The notes below the pieces were generated by a model. It did no database searches. It was not told where the DNA came from and saw only the letters and a program-made list of their open reading frames with translations. Positions 44,077 through 56,257 of a stretch of 64,000 bases of DNA are shown here, piece after piece. Numbering within the stretch: the stretch's first letter is position 1; each line of letters starts with the position of its first letter. Both the position numbers and the translations under genes were made by a program. This DNA is from Ramazzottius varieornatus (taxonomy: Eukaryota > Animalia > Tardigrada): the NCBI GenBank assembly GCA_001949185.1, contig BDGG01000002.1, positions 6,128,448-6,192,447 on the forward strand, read 5' to 3'.

Positions 44077-47000
44077 TCAACAGCTCGTCGGTTTCGAGCT
44101 GGCATCTCTAGCACTTTGAACAAGCATATCGCTTGACTTCTTCCCCATGCCCACTTGTGGTTTCTGCGGTGCCACGCTCGGCTTGGCCTTCACTACAGGC
44201 TTTGGTGCGACAGTGGGTCGTGGACTCTCGGAACCGTTACCGACCAGATCGGGAGACGCAACGGCTTTGAGACTCTCTAAAAGCTCGTCGATGGAAGCAG
44301 CTGGGTTCGAAGCCTACAACGGACCAAACAGCTAGTTGGAAAATTGATGATTAACTTCGTCTGGCTGATTTTCGTGGTTACCGAGCGGTCATATTTGACT
44401 GGTTTCCGTTCCTCGTACGAAGTCAAGCTGAAGTTGTTCAAGTTGGGACTTGGTGGGATGTTCTGCCGGAGACTTGATTGGTTATCAGATAGGGTTCTTG
44501 ATTCACCTTGGGCTTTCGTTTCACCCTTCTTCATGGTACCTTGGTTCGATCGTGCGAACTGCTCAGCCACGGTGGCTTCGGGACTTTGGTCGGTCAGGGT
44601 GGAGCGAGCTGTATCGTTGGCAGACAGGTACGACGGGCTCTCGGCTTTTACGGGTAAGTTCAGAACCAGGTCCGGAGCGCCTTTCAGCTCGTTGGTGTGC
44701 GAGCTCGAACGTCGGTCTCGGACGTTAGTGGGAGGCACTTCGATCCTTCTCACAGGTTCTGGGTTGAGTGAGGAAGGTGGGGGAGTTGCTGGGCCGCCAA
44801 AATAATACTTTGGCATGCCGTGAAGCATGTCACCCCGACGAAGTGACGCACTGCAACCAACGAAGAATTACATAAGAGGAACTAATAAATAAAAGAGTGG
44901 AAATTTTACCTAAAGATCTTTGGAGATCGGGGGGAAGGAGGCATCTGGACGAAGTTATGAGGGGTTACTGTAGGTATGACTTCTTTAGTAACGAGTGGCA
45001 AACTTTCTAAAGTCCGATTTCGCCTTTCTTCGCGCTCTTCCCGCGGAGTCTTTTCGGTGATGACTAGCTGCTCGCTGATGTTGTTCCAAGGCTTCAACTC
45101 CACGTCTTCGTCCGACCTGGAACTGTCCGTGGCAGTCGAGTCGAGAGCCTTCGTGGAACCGGCCCCTAAGGACAGATTGAGCGTGGACGCGTCGTTCGAC
45201 AAGCGGCGGTCCTCACCAGAAGTGGTACTGCCGTGACTGTAACTCCCGACAGAGCTACTCATAGAGTTTGGTAGATGCTCAAAATCGCTCTCGGGAAGCG
45301 TGTCTCGAGCTGATAACGCCATCTGCTTTGACACTCTGAAATAAAATTCGTTGTCAATACAACGTTCGCAACTGGATGAACACCGAAAGATATCGCGTAA
45401 GACTGTATAAGACTACAACCGTATCACCTTTTCCGAATATCGACGTATTTGTCAGGAACGTAGCCTTCTGCTCGACTTCCGTCCATTAGTCGAGCGTTCC
45501 ACCATTCCGGGTTCATTTGCGTCAAGAGCAAAAGGGAAGCGCCCTTCTGAACGGAAAGCTCTGAAGGGTTTCGTGCTTTGAACGAATATATGGCAGTAGC
45601 TTCGTACTGCTCCGCATCTGAACGCAAAAAGGGTGGTCAGATTATACAGCAATGCTATAACACCATAGAACCAAGTACAAATAGGTTCGACTGGTTACCG
45701 TTACCGTCTTCGCTCAAAGTTGAAGGTTCGCCCTCTTCGTCCGACAGGTTCTCGGTACTTCCCAGGGTATCATTCTCGATCTCAGTGGTCTGATCCAGAT
45801 TCAGGTCGTACTTCTCGTACACCATTCCAAAGTTCGAAGCGAAGATATCCTCTTGGTACATGAAGATGTTCTTGATCAGCACATTGACCCGTTGCTGGTA
45901 CTGAACTTGGTCACGAGACTCTGGTATCGGGAGTAACGTGGGACCGAAGCAGATGGCCAGGTTGAACCGGTCCATCATGTTCTCATCGCTAAACTCCGAA
46001 AGGCTGCAGAAAAAAAGCACTCATGAATACTCATCGCCAGTCTCCATGAGAAAAACAGAAGAAACGATATTACGTACTGGTTCAAGAAAGCAATGAGGTA
46101 ACGTAACAGCACAAAAACTGCTCGTGGGAGACTGAGAAACAGTTCGCGCGTCTGCTTTACAAACTCTTGCTTTTTTTCTTGTTCTGCAAACAAACGTCAT
46201 AATAACCCACTTGACCAACCTAGCATAATCGGTAATAATCTCTTCATCGGTAATAATCTCTTCATCGGTAAAACTTACTGCTAATTTCCATAAGTTGGTC
46301 GAACATGTACAGCGGAAACAGAGGCTCTCGCAGTTCCCTGAGGTACAGTTTGAGAACACCCGCAATGCTGTTGATGTTGCTTCCATCGCATTCATCGGCC
46401 AGAGGATCCTCTCCTGTAACAGTTCAACAGTTATTTCCGCTGTAAGAACCTGATAAGTTCGCACATACCTCGCTCGAAAGCATCACGTATGTTGTTGATC
46501 TCCACTTGAGATCCGGAAACCCGGAAGATACCCTGGTGATGTAGTCCGAACTGGCGAATCACTCGAATGCAGCTCGTGACTATCAGGGGAATCTCCTGGT
46601 TCGTAGCCTGTAACAGATAGCGTTTATAATTTGAATAACGAAGATTGACATGATGTGGCTTGGACGGTTACCTCGACATATTCTTCCAGGCTTCCGCCGA
46701 ACAGTTTCGGTCTTTGGCTGGCGGATCCCAGCTGGGCGATACGACGACGACGAGGTCGCGCTGGGAGAGTAGAGTGCTTGGTGACCGACGAGCTGCTGTC
46801 TTTACTGTTCAGGATCTCGGTGCCCACCGCCATCTTGATCAGTTTCTGCTTGGCTCGTAGACGAGTGATGAGGTTGGAATTCAGTATATAATCTTGAAAT
46901 TTCTGTAAAGGAAAAATGCAGTGTAATATTCTTCCAAGTGCCAGGTCGAAAAGGATAGGTCGTACAGAGAGATAAAACTGCTCCGTTTCCGCCTTGTCGG

Positions 47001-50000
47001 CTTTCTTCTTGATCACAATAGTTTCAGGAATCTTCGTTGTGGTAGGAGTGCTGGGCGCGGTCGTTCCGTTGCTCTGACCATCCGAGCTGTGCTTTTCAGC
47101 GGAGAAAAGGCCTTCCACATCACAGTCCACTTTATCAATCATCTCTATCAGCGTCCTCTCTGCAGTGTCCAGCGTTTTCCAAATCTATAACGTAAGAAAC
47201 ATCGCGTAAACAAATGGATAGATGAGGCGGATTCGAGCACCTGATCAACAGTACTTACCTCTTCGTTTTCGGTCTGAAGTCCGGTGACTCGCTTCTCCAG
47301 CTGCCCAAATCGCTGTACCAGCTCGTCCTGTATCGCAGGGTTGTTGGTCACCTCGCGTACCTGGTGAGTAATGCTCTAAGTTTGGGTGACACCACGGAAT
47401 AAGAATATATACAGCCTCAAATAAGACCCAGTCGTGTCGCACCTCGTCGTCGATTTGTGAGTGAAAGTCAAACTTCTTCGGCAGCATGAATACCGTATGG
47501 TGAGCTTCGATGAACTTCTGTTTGTCCGCTCTCGAGTCGAAGTTCTCTATACAGGACTTGATTTCTTGCTCGTAACTCTGAGCTCGAAGCTGAACTTGCT
47601 CTTGGGCTTGCTGGTGAATCTTCAGGGCACTCGTCACGGCCCGATGCAGTCCAAAATCCATACACTGAATAGGGAGCATCAGCATTTTAAAAAGCTCTAC
47701 AGTATGGATATATATGGGTGTTCAGGGCAGAGACCCCAGACTGATGTTCACTTACATCCATGATCTCCGGCAAGTCTTCGGCAAAATACTTGTGCAGGGC
47801 TGCATTAGCTGAATTCAAACTGCAAGTAATTTTCTGTTGTCATACGGAAGAACTAATTAAGTAAACTCTGCGCAGGGAGAAATTTATTAGGTGGTGTCAT
47901 TACCTCAGCAAATATTCATTGCGAGCTTTCAAGAGTTTCAGCTTAGCCTCGTTGTATTTTTCCAACTTCTGCAAAGGCAAAAAAGTCAGGTTAGCGATGT
48001 TATGCAACTTTATTACTCCCATAGACGTCTTTTCTATGTAAACAGCTGGTACCTTGGCGGCGTCTTTGGTCCACATCTTGAGCTTGCGGTTCTTTGCTTG
48101 TTTCTCCTCCGGTAAGGCATTCTTCGTCTTCATTCGAGACTCTTCGGCTAATTGGTATTTGGTCTCGGTCTGTCGGCATTCGTTCAAGCAGAGAAAGTAG
48201 GTCTTCAAGGCAGTGTGAAGTTCATTATGGACCTTGAATAGCTCCTCATGACTTTCCACGCCGATATCGCGACACTAAAGATCAAAGAAGACAGACAAAT
48301 TACTCACAGCGAATTTATTACTCTCCGTAACTCAAAGTTATGTCTTCTTACCCTGCGGTAGATGCGGCTCAGATCTTCGCCGGTCTGTTCCAGCCGATTA
48401 ACCAAGTTGTTCTGAAGTAGCTCTCCCAGGACGGCGTGATCCCGACTCTGCTTCTTGGTCATCTGCACCAGTTTCTGGTACAGCGAGAACACCGAGCATA
48501 AACTCCATTGGTCTCGTCGTTGCTTCTCTTGTTTCTGCTTCTGCAGCAGGGCTTTGGCTAATCGTTCAAGGTTCTTTGAGTGCTCAAGTTCCACATCCGC
48601 TCGGCGCCGGAAGTAATCCTGCAGTTCACCGACTATTGCCACCTGTAAAGATATACCATATGCTACCACCATTGCAAGGGATGTAACCGCCGTATTTGCA
48701 GTACGCTTACCTGCTGCTCTTGTCGCTGATCCAGACATTTCAACTGATTGTCCAGCTGTACGCGGATATCTGCAACAAAGACGACAATTAGCGCTACGCC
48801 CGCTGACAGAAATGATGTCTACATACAGCTCACGCCTACGTACATCTATACGATAAGCTAAGGGATTCCTCTAATCTGAAAATCGCAATTTTCAGTATCA
48901 AAGGGAAGCAAATTCTTCTAGCTTCGCACGCACACTATGACCATCATGTTCAGGGAAAGATTCCGAATGAGCATGGGGGTAAACAAAGGTTCACAAGCAG
49001 AATACATTCAAAGTTACGAACCGGTATAAGATTGTGGCATCTGATTTCCCATCTTCGCCACCACGACCGGCAACATAAAGACGAACTTTCTCAGACCTTC
49101 GAACTCTAACGAGTCAGGTTCAAGATATATGCATATCTGTCACTGCCGAAATAATCAGAAAAACCATCGGTCAGATCTGAATCATCTCAGTGATCTCACT
49201 GTCCACGAAACTGATCATATTATTTCGATAATCGTTCAGAATTCAAAAATTGAAATGGGAAACAACAGAAACAAAAGTTTTCGTTCAATCAAATTTTTCA
49301 GTGGCTTCAATCAATCAGGTTCACACCCGGCACAAACGATAACGGGCTGTAGGGCCTGCAAATACGTCACTGCGGAAGAAATCTCCGCACTGCGTAATAC
49401 TGCGAAGCCACGCTCGGCTGGAAGTAAAGTTTGATTACCCTATGAAATTTATTCATCTCGCCATCACAAACTGCACCAGCATACAGTACAGTCTAATACC
49501 TGTTTTGTTAACACTAAAATTCTCCTCCGAAAAAGCGACATACTAGAAGTAGCCAGAAACCACTGCGTTCGGTACGCGTACAGTACATAAGGAAACGCCC
49601 AAGAACCTGGGCTCCAGCTCTAGCCGGTCGTTTTAACTCGGGGAAATTAGCCATTGTCACCGAATCCGAAAGTTTTCGTCCGTTATTGCGTTATCAAATT
49701 TCTTCGAGTTCGATGTACTAAGTAGATAAACAAAGCTGACCGCCGTTAAGCTGCTGGCTATGAATTTACAATATCCGATAAAGCGAGACACTTCGTAAAC
49801 CCCTTCCAAACAGTCCGGCTACCCACATTCGCTTGTGAATCATCTTACCCATCCTGGCTCGTGCTCGAATGAAAACACGGCGCAGGCACGCCAAGAAAGG
49901 TGGTGAGAAAGCGGCAAAGGAAATGGATAATTAAGCCTCGGAGGTAAATGCATTCGCCGGTCCACCGACCGTCAAGAACGCTGAGTAAGCCCACTGAATC

Positions 50001-52361
50001 ACAGATAGTTCTTTCGTTTTATTACTCCTGTAAAAATGACCGATGATTCAATCTATGTGTTCGATGGCCATAGTCATACGGAAAATTCCGAAAGTACGGA
50101 TCATTTATTCCTCAGTTTTCCCGACTGAGCAATCGCGAGTCATCCCTCGATCGATACTGCGTGCAACTCGTTAGCATCGACAGCTATACTCCAGAGTCCC
50201 ACGGAGATCTGCAGAGATAATTTTTGACTTGAACGTGCTTGTCAAGGAACTCTTCCTTCAGCCGGCGGAGAAGATGGAGAAGATCCAGGTCGCCGGAAAA
50301 GCATGTGCCCATAATAACCTCACCGGGCTGGCCGAACATTTTTTTCGATGTCACAAAAACAGCTTTTCAGTACAGAGTCGAATATGCTATTCACTGCATA
50401 TCGACCGCAATAAAATTGCTTCACGTCGAGAACCTTACCCCAATTTCTTGACGGATTGGAGGGACCCAGGCACATAAATACATCCCGCATTTTTATGATG
50501 CTAGATGGGTATCAGTTAGCATGTTAATCCACACAGTAACATCCATCCAAAGCAGAATAAAAAAGCGAAATCGGTTCCATCAACGTCGACCACAGAATGT
50601 CTTATCGCGCAGTTTCGCATATTGACCAAGCGAGCGATTATGCGCCATCATGAACTCTTCACATCAAACTTCGACGCTAGCAAAAACACAAACAACGCCA
50701 ACGTGCGTGCCAAGAAAGATAGCGTAAATTTGTATTGGTCACGTTTTGGAATTTCTCGCTAGACATCCAGCACAATATCTTCCAAGGGATGAATGAAGAC
50801 GCATAACAAGTCTGTTTGCAGTGGCAGTCGTCGCGCAGTTGACATCAATCACGATGCCAGTTAAGGAACACATGAGTCTTCGATCTATTCCGCGTCCAGC
50901 CGACGATCGAAGTGAAACGCAATAACATTAAGAGCAACAGTGAAGCTCAAACCCAAATTGAAAATGATCGGCCAAATCAACTCGATGAAGACGGACAAAG
51001 TCGGTACGGTTGAAAGAAGAGCCAGTAGATAAATATGGACATTATAATGTGCCCCACATATAGACGATCGACTGTCCAAGCGCGCTCTCTCTCTGCACAC
51101 TATCCTCTACGTCCACTATGTGGGTAAAATTTCGTGAGATTTGTCTAAAGGCAAACACTCACAAGAGCATAGCCTCTTACAAGAACGTCGACATCTATGT
51201 GCTCACTTCACTTGCTGGCTAACCACAGTACAAAATAGCTCAATATCGTTATACGGGTGGAGGCTGTCCACTATACAGCAGCATCGACCATCGACAAGTG
51301 CGGCTGAAGGATGCCTCCATGCTATGTGCACTTTCAGTATCGAATTTTCTCACTGTGCATATATTAGATGGCTCGATTAGCTCTACTTGTATGACAGGTT
51401 TGAAAGACAAGACTCGAGGTCTACCTTGATGAGCAAGTCTTCGGTAAAACGGATGTCCATTGTAAAAATAACTGAAGAACCTATGCAGGTCCACGAGTAA
51501 AAATGCAATGCGAATTTGTAATTATGGCTTATGCGGAAATTAGTCGACCGTGGCACCGACGCGGAACTCACGAGTAGACGGTCTCCATGTTGACTTTTCA
51601 GATAACATTACAATTTTAGACACTTTGCCGCACTAAAATACTCCGTACTAACAATGTTGTCACTCTTCATTTCGAGTCGGTGGTGGAGCATTGCCGACAC
51701 GCCTTACATCTGGTGACACAATCATGCCGCGATCTCGTTGAAATGACAGGGTTTCCTCCTCTGAGTAACGTCGACAAAAGAAATTATTCCAAAAAATTAA
51801 TTCCGCGACGAAAGTACTCGAGAATGTTTCAGTTTCTCACGAACTCCGCCCTGCTTCTTCATTCTGCACAACATCGCGGATTTTTCTGGACCAGTATATG
51901 GTGTAAGAATGCGAAAACTTTCCCACTCTGTACACATTCCTCTTTATCAACAGACAGAAAGCAACACCGCAATAAATGCCCACTTGTCTAACTAGTCGGC
52001 GGAATTCAACTCGGCCCACTTCCGACTTTATGGATTTGAGGTAGTACACGATAGCGCACAATCGATAAATTCAAAGCGGCATATGTAGGCCGCTCAACGA
52101 ACATTCATAACGAGACAAGCTCACGGTGAAAAAATTTCCATAAATTTGAAGGGGTGCGATAATTAAAAAGCCCTATCCACTTTCCTTCAGAGCTCTTACT
52201 GGAATCATTTCCCGGTTGCACCAGATCCGTTAAATTTATATGTGTTCGCAATAAACTGGAACCTCTCTTATGGTTAGGTTATCACCTATTTCGCTTTGAA
52301 CATTACCTTTGGCTTGAGATTCGTAAAGCTGAAGGGTCTCCTTATCTTTCCGATGTGCCAT
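44077..52361 (-). CDS. SRGAP: SLIT-ROBO Rho GTPase-activating protein (F-BAR, RhoGAP, SH3); first exon 52361-52307, remaining exons 48770-44077
   Basis: MAHRKDKETLQLYESQAK|DIRVQLDNQLKCLD matches the srGAP N-terminus; KARNEYLL; PKLFGGSLEEY; GLHHQGIFRVSGSQ; ENMMDRFNLAICFGPTL; SH3 ATAIYSFKARNPSELS..WW..GYVPDKYV. Confidence 0.92.
46228..46271. repeat. 18-bp tandem repeat (2.4 copies) in an srGAP intron
   Basis: ATCGGTAATAATCTCTTC x2 + ATCGGTAA. Confidence 0.85.
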
Positions 52362-54123
52362 TCCAGATAAGAAAGACCTAAAGCCGCTTGGTCATGTGGA
52401 ACAAATCCAATCTGGCTGTTCCCGGCGGTGGATGCGTCAAGATGACGAAGCGTTGATCTGCAAAGGATAATCAGGCATTACAAATCAATAATAAATTAAT
52501 CATGTTCGTCGGTGAAGACGAGAAACATCACGATCCTTGTGAAACATTGTCAGCCTCTGTCACTCTGCCAACATCTATGATTACAAACAGTCAATACGTA
52601 CTTGGAGGGTTGTTTGGTCTTCTAAGAGGCCGGACATATAAAAACATCAAATGTTTTGTCCCACATCACAGGCGTCGCAGGTGAGCTCGGTTCTGTCTGA
52701 TGACGACTTGTGAACAAGAAAGTAGCTGCTGATGTTACGATGAACCCGCTGATGCTGAATAGTCCATCTGCGCGACATATCTGATAATTTCCATCCGCGA
52801 ATCCGTGAAATCAGCTCTGGATCAAGCAGCGAACTCCGAAGTACCACGAAATAACAGCTGGGACTGGACGGCTTTCCAGAAATTGGAGGTCTGTATCAGC
52901 AGCGACAACGTTATCAAATTAAGAAAACTGGATTACATTGCACGGCATGGCCAATACCCGTGTGAGCATGTGACAGCTAGGCCAACTGCCGGACACTGGC
53001 CACTGAGTAAAGGGGTCCACTGGATCACCCAGGGGTAAAACTAGAGGTAAAGGTGATCCGGACCAAACAAGGCTCGGTGTAAATCCTCGGGTGGAAATCC
53101 TTTGATCCCAAAACCTTTGCGACTTGATTTTCTCGCGTTCACAGAAATATTTTTGTATAGGTACTGTACGTAGAATCGAAAACTGATAGAGGGAATCGAA
53201 GGTACAGCGTAATCGATAAGTGAGTTTCTCGATCGCAGCTTTTAGTTCACCGCGCTTTGATAAGCCTTCTGAGCAAGATTAATCACTTCCCGGCTACATA
53301 TGCTGATAACGCACTTTATGAACAGGTTCGTTGTAATCTCGGATTGCTACAAAATATGAGCATGGAAGTTCCCGTACAAAAACGGACGACTCTGCGATTA
53401 GTATTGACTGCTGGCAGCAACAAGTTTACAGATCGGTATCACACATCCGAGCTGGCTCAGACAACTCACGCGGAGACACCAACATCAATAAAGCGCTATA
53501 TTTACTCTGCAAGGTCTTCCGACAAAGAACAGCATGGCGAAGAGCGTCAGCGTCACGAGTTCTTCGTGACGTTCAGTCTATTTCTGAAGCCCGGGGGCTC
53601 TATGTTTCCAGCGTGATTTCATCGAAACTGTGGGAATAGTATCACGAAGTTCCCCTCTATTTCAAGTTCGGAACAGTGTTCCGTATTATGCTGCTGCTGC
53701 AGTAGTTCTGGCCCGCATTCGGGGAGCTCAACATGGAACCGATGGTGGCTCAGAAACGTCAGTATTAGCTGTTGCACCAAAACACGTACCAAGTGGCGCC
53801 ATCTATAGCATATAGCAAACACTGGTCAGTCGTCCCGATACGATACGGGACGACTTTTGATTGAACATGCATTTATGATAGGAGAATAATATTATGACTG
53901 AACATGCATTTATGATAAGGGAAGACGGTGAAACTCCTATAGTTCAGGTTAGGAAGAAGAAAAAACAGAATGCGCGTCGCTATTAAAGAAAGTGTTCGCT
54001 AATATTTTCAAAGCGATTTCGGTATACTGAAAAAATCCGCTGCGTGAGTGTCGAACGGGACTGCATCGAAGTTTCAAGGAGAGACTGAGGCCAGGTAAGA
54101 TAAACAGATCGGCGGCGAAAAGC

Positions 54124-55422
54124 TCAGCAAATATGCATCTCGTTGAAGTTCTCGCGGGTGCCGAAAACACCCCAGACGTTCACGACCCGCTTCTTCTCGA
54201 CTTGCTGTGAAGTGCTGGGGATGGTTTCCTGCTTGGTGGGGGCAGCTGGCTTTGACGCAGGAGACTCAGGTCGCTGTTGGCGCTTCTCTGGAATGTTTTT
54301 CAGCGCTTTGGACGCCTTGGATAGGAGGACCAAGGGGTGCGCGTTGATGGGGCTGGCTGAGTGGAACTCGTGGACCTTCGCCTTGGACTCTGCTGGGCTA
54401 GAGTTCAGCTTTCGGGTCCGCAAACTGCAAAAACAGGAACCGTCAGTTTGATGGTAGATACAATCGAGATTTATATCACCATGTTTGATTGAAATCACTC
54501 TTCGGCAGCGTGGACCTAAGAGCTTTTCGTTTCGTAACCAACAATGCTCAACCTATTTGCGTTTCTACATAACGGGCCCGGGAAAACCACACCACGTAAA
54601 GGAAGAAAGGGCAAAGTACCCCGGTTTAGCTCGTTGTCCACCGAACATGCATGATTGCATGATAGTGGTACTTTAAGCGAGTTCCAGATTGTGAAAAGAT
54701 TGATGAACGTACCCAGAACTCCACTTCGGGTTTGCTGGTGCCGCTGAGGTAAAGGACAGGAACTGGTGCGGCATGGATTCCACGGCGACTTGAGACATTG
54801 TGACGAAGCTTAGGAATCACTCAACAACAATGAAGAATGATGAAATTTTTGGGGAGTTGCGACGAGGGAGAAAATCAGGTTACACTGTAAACAAAGGACC
54901 ACAGTTACTATCAGCTGCTAAATCCGTGTATGTTTTTAAACTACTCCAAGGAATTCCGTGATGTCACTCACATGGCGGTACAGACGGTAGAGTATACGTG
55001 AACACCGAAGAGGAATTCCCAGCAAACTTCGCGCTCAAGACTGTTTAGATGTAGAAGCCAAAACTTGGAGTCGGAGAAGGAGACGGCAACCGGTGAAAAA
55101 GATGAAATCCCCATGGACACGTTTAGGTATAACTGTAATGATATCAAGATTTTAATTACCGTACACGCAGGACGGGAAATTATGGGGCTAGTAAAAATTA
55201 TGAGACCAGGCCTTTTCGCTACGGCGGTACGGACGCACGTACGTACGTCCCCGAATTATAGTAATACATTCGAATTTCCATTTTGCCGACTTTTCCGCCT
55301 GGTCTCACAAAATTTTTACTGCGTGTAGTGAATACAGCGAAAAACTGACAAAATGATGATTTGAATATTCTCAGTACGTAAAATCCTCAGCGGAAAACTT
55401 GATCGACGTACCTGGTGAACAT
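54124..55422 (-). CDS. Putative small two-exon ORF (103 aa, Lys/Ser/Pro-rich); exons 55422-55412 and 54424-54124; may be an srGAP upstream exon set
   Basis: ATGTTCACCAG|gtacgt donor (phase 2) matches the ttttgcag|T TTG acceptor, giving MFTSLRTRKLNSSPAESK...VNVWGVFGTRENFNEMHIC*. Composition looks coding. Confidence 0.45.
55162..55327. mobile_element. MITE-like element (TA-CACGCAG…CTGCGTG-TA)
   Basis: Terminal TACACGCAG/CTGCGTGTA and subterminal AGTAAAAATTATGAGACCAGGC / GCCTGGTCTCACAAAATTTTTACT. Confidence 0.6.
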
Positions 55423-56257
55423 ATCAACACGAATGAACCAACAAGCTATCAAAGTCCTGAAAAGCGAAAGCACGAGGGGTATTTAAGGAAGAAATTTCAG
55501 ATTTCTCGCAGCACAGTGTGAAACTTAACTATTACCGAAGGAAGCAACTTTCCAACTGAAACACTTTTGCAAGTATATGGGCTGGTTCAGCTCCTTTTAT
55601 ACCAGCGCCGGCAAGATGGCCTGTTCCGCCCCTCCCCGTGCGAAGAGTTTGGACACGCAAAGACCAGAACGATTACTATCATCGTTATCGGTGCTACTCA
55701 TGTAACTGCCTCATGTAACGCACTTCAAACGCCAAGACTTGCGGAGACCGTCATTGTACTGCTATAATCCCATGGGTAAACCCCACCACGCTTTCTGTGC
55801 GTGAAGGTTAGCGTAACAAATAGCGAGAAGTCGGGATGTTCAGAGTCGAAAGAACCAGATTGCCGCAGATATGGTTCTTCGACGCGAAAACGATGTACAG
55901 CACGCTGTTGACGGTCATCTCGCCATTTGCCCAGCGAATGTCGGGTATTCAGAGGTCTGGTATTGTTAAAGTGTCACTGTATTCTGTACTTTCGAAGTCA
56001 ATTGAGATTCCAGACATTGTTGTCGAAACCGAAAGAAAAACAGAATCCTGGCGACCTTCAACCGGCAACCCAACTTCGATGACGAATTCCCACTTTTTCG
56101 TCTGGTTCGGCGCACGTTAGTCATCGAGATTACAAAATACGTTTATTTTGAAGGGTATTGAGAGTGCTTTAAGGCATTTTCGTACAAAAAAACTAGATAA
56201 AAACGATGTCCCGAAGAAAGGAGATAGTTCAAAGAAAATTTCGTTAGTATAATCCAA

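Noticed and set aside
44300-44315. GGTTCGA T-loop-like motifs (also ~57641)
   Set aside because: Both lie inside protein-coding exons and have no cloverleaf; not tRNAs.
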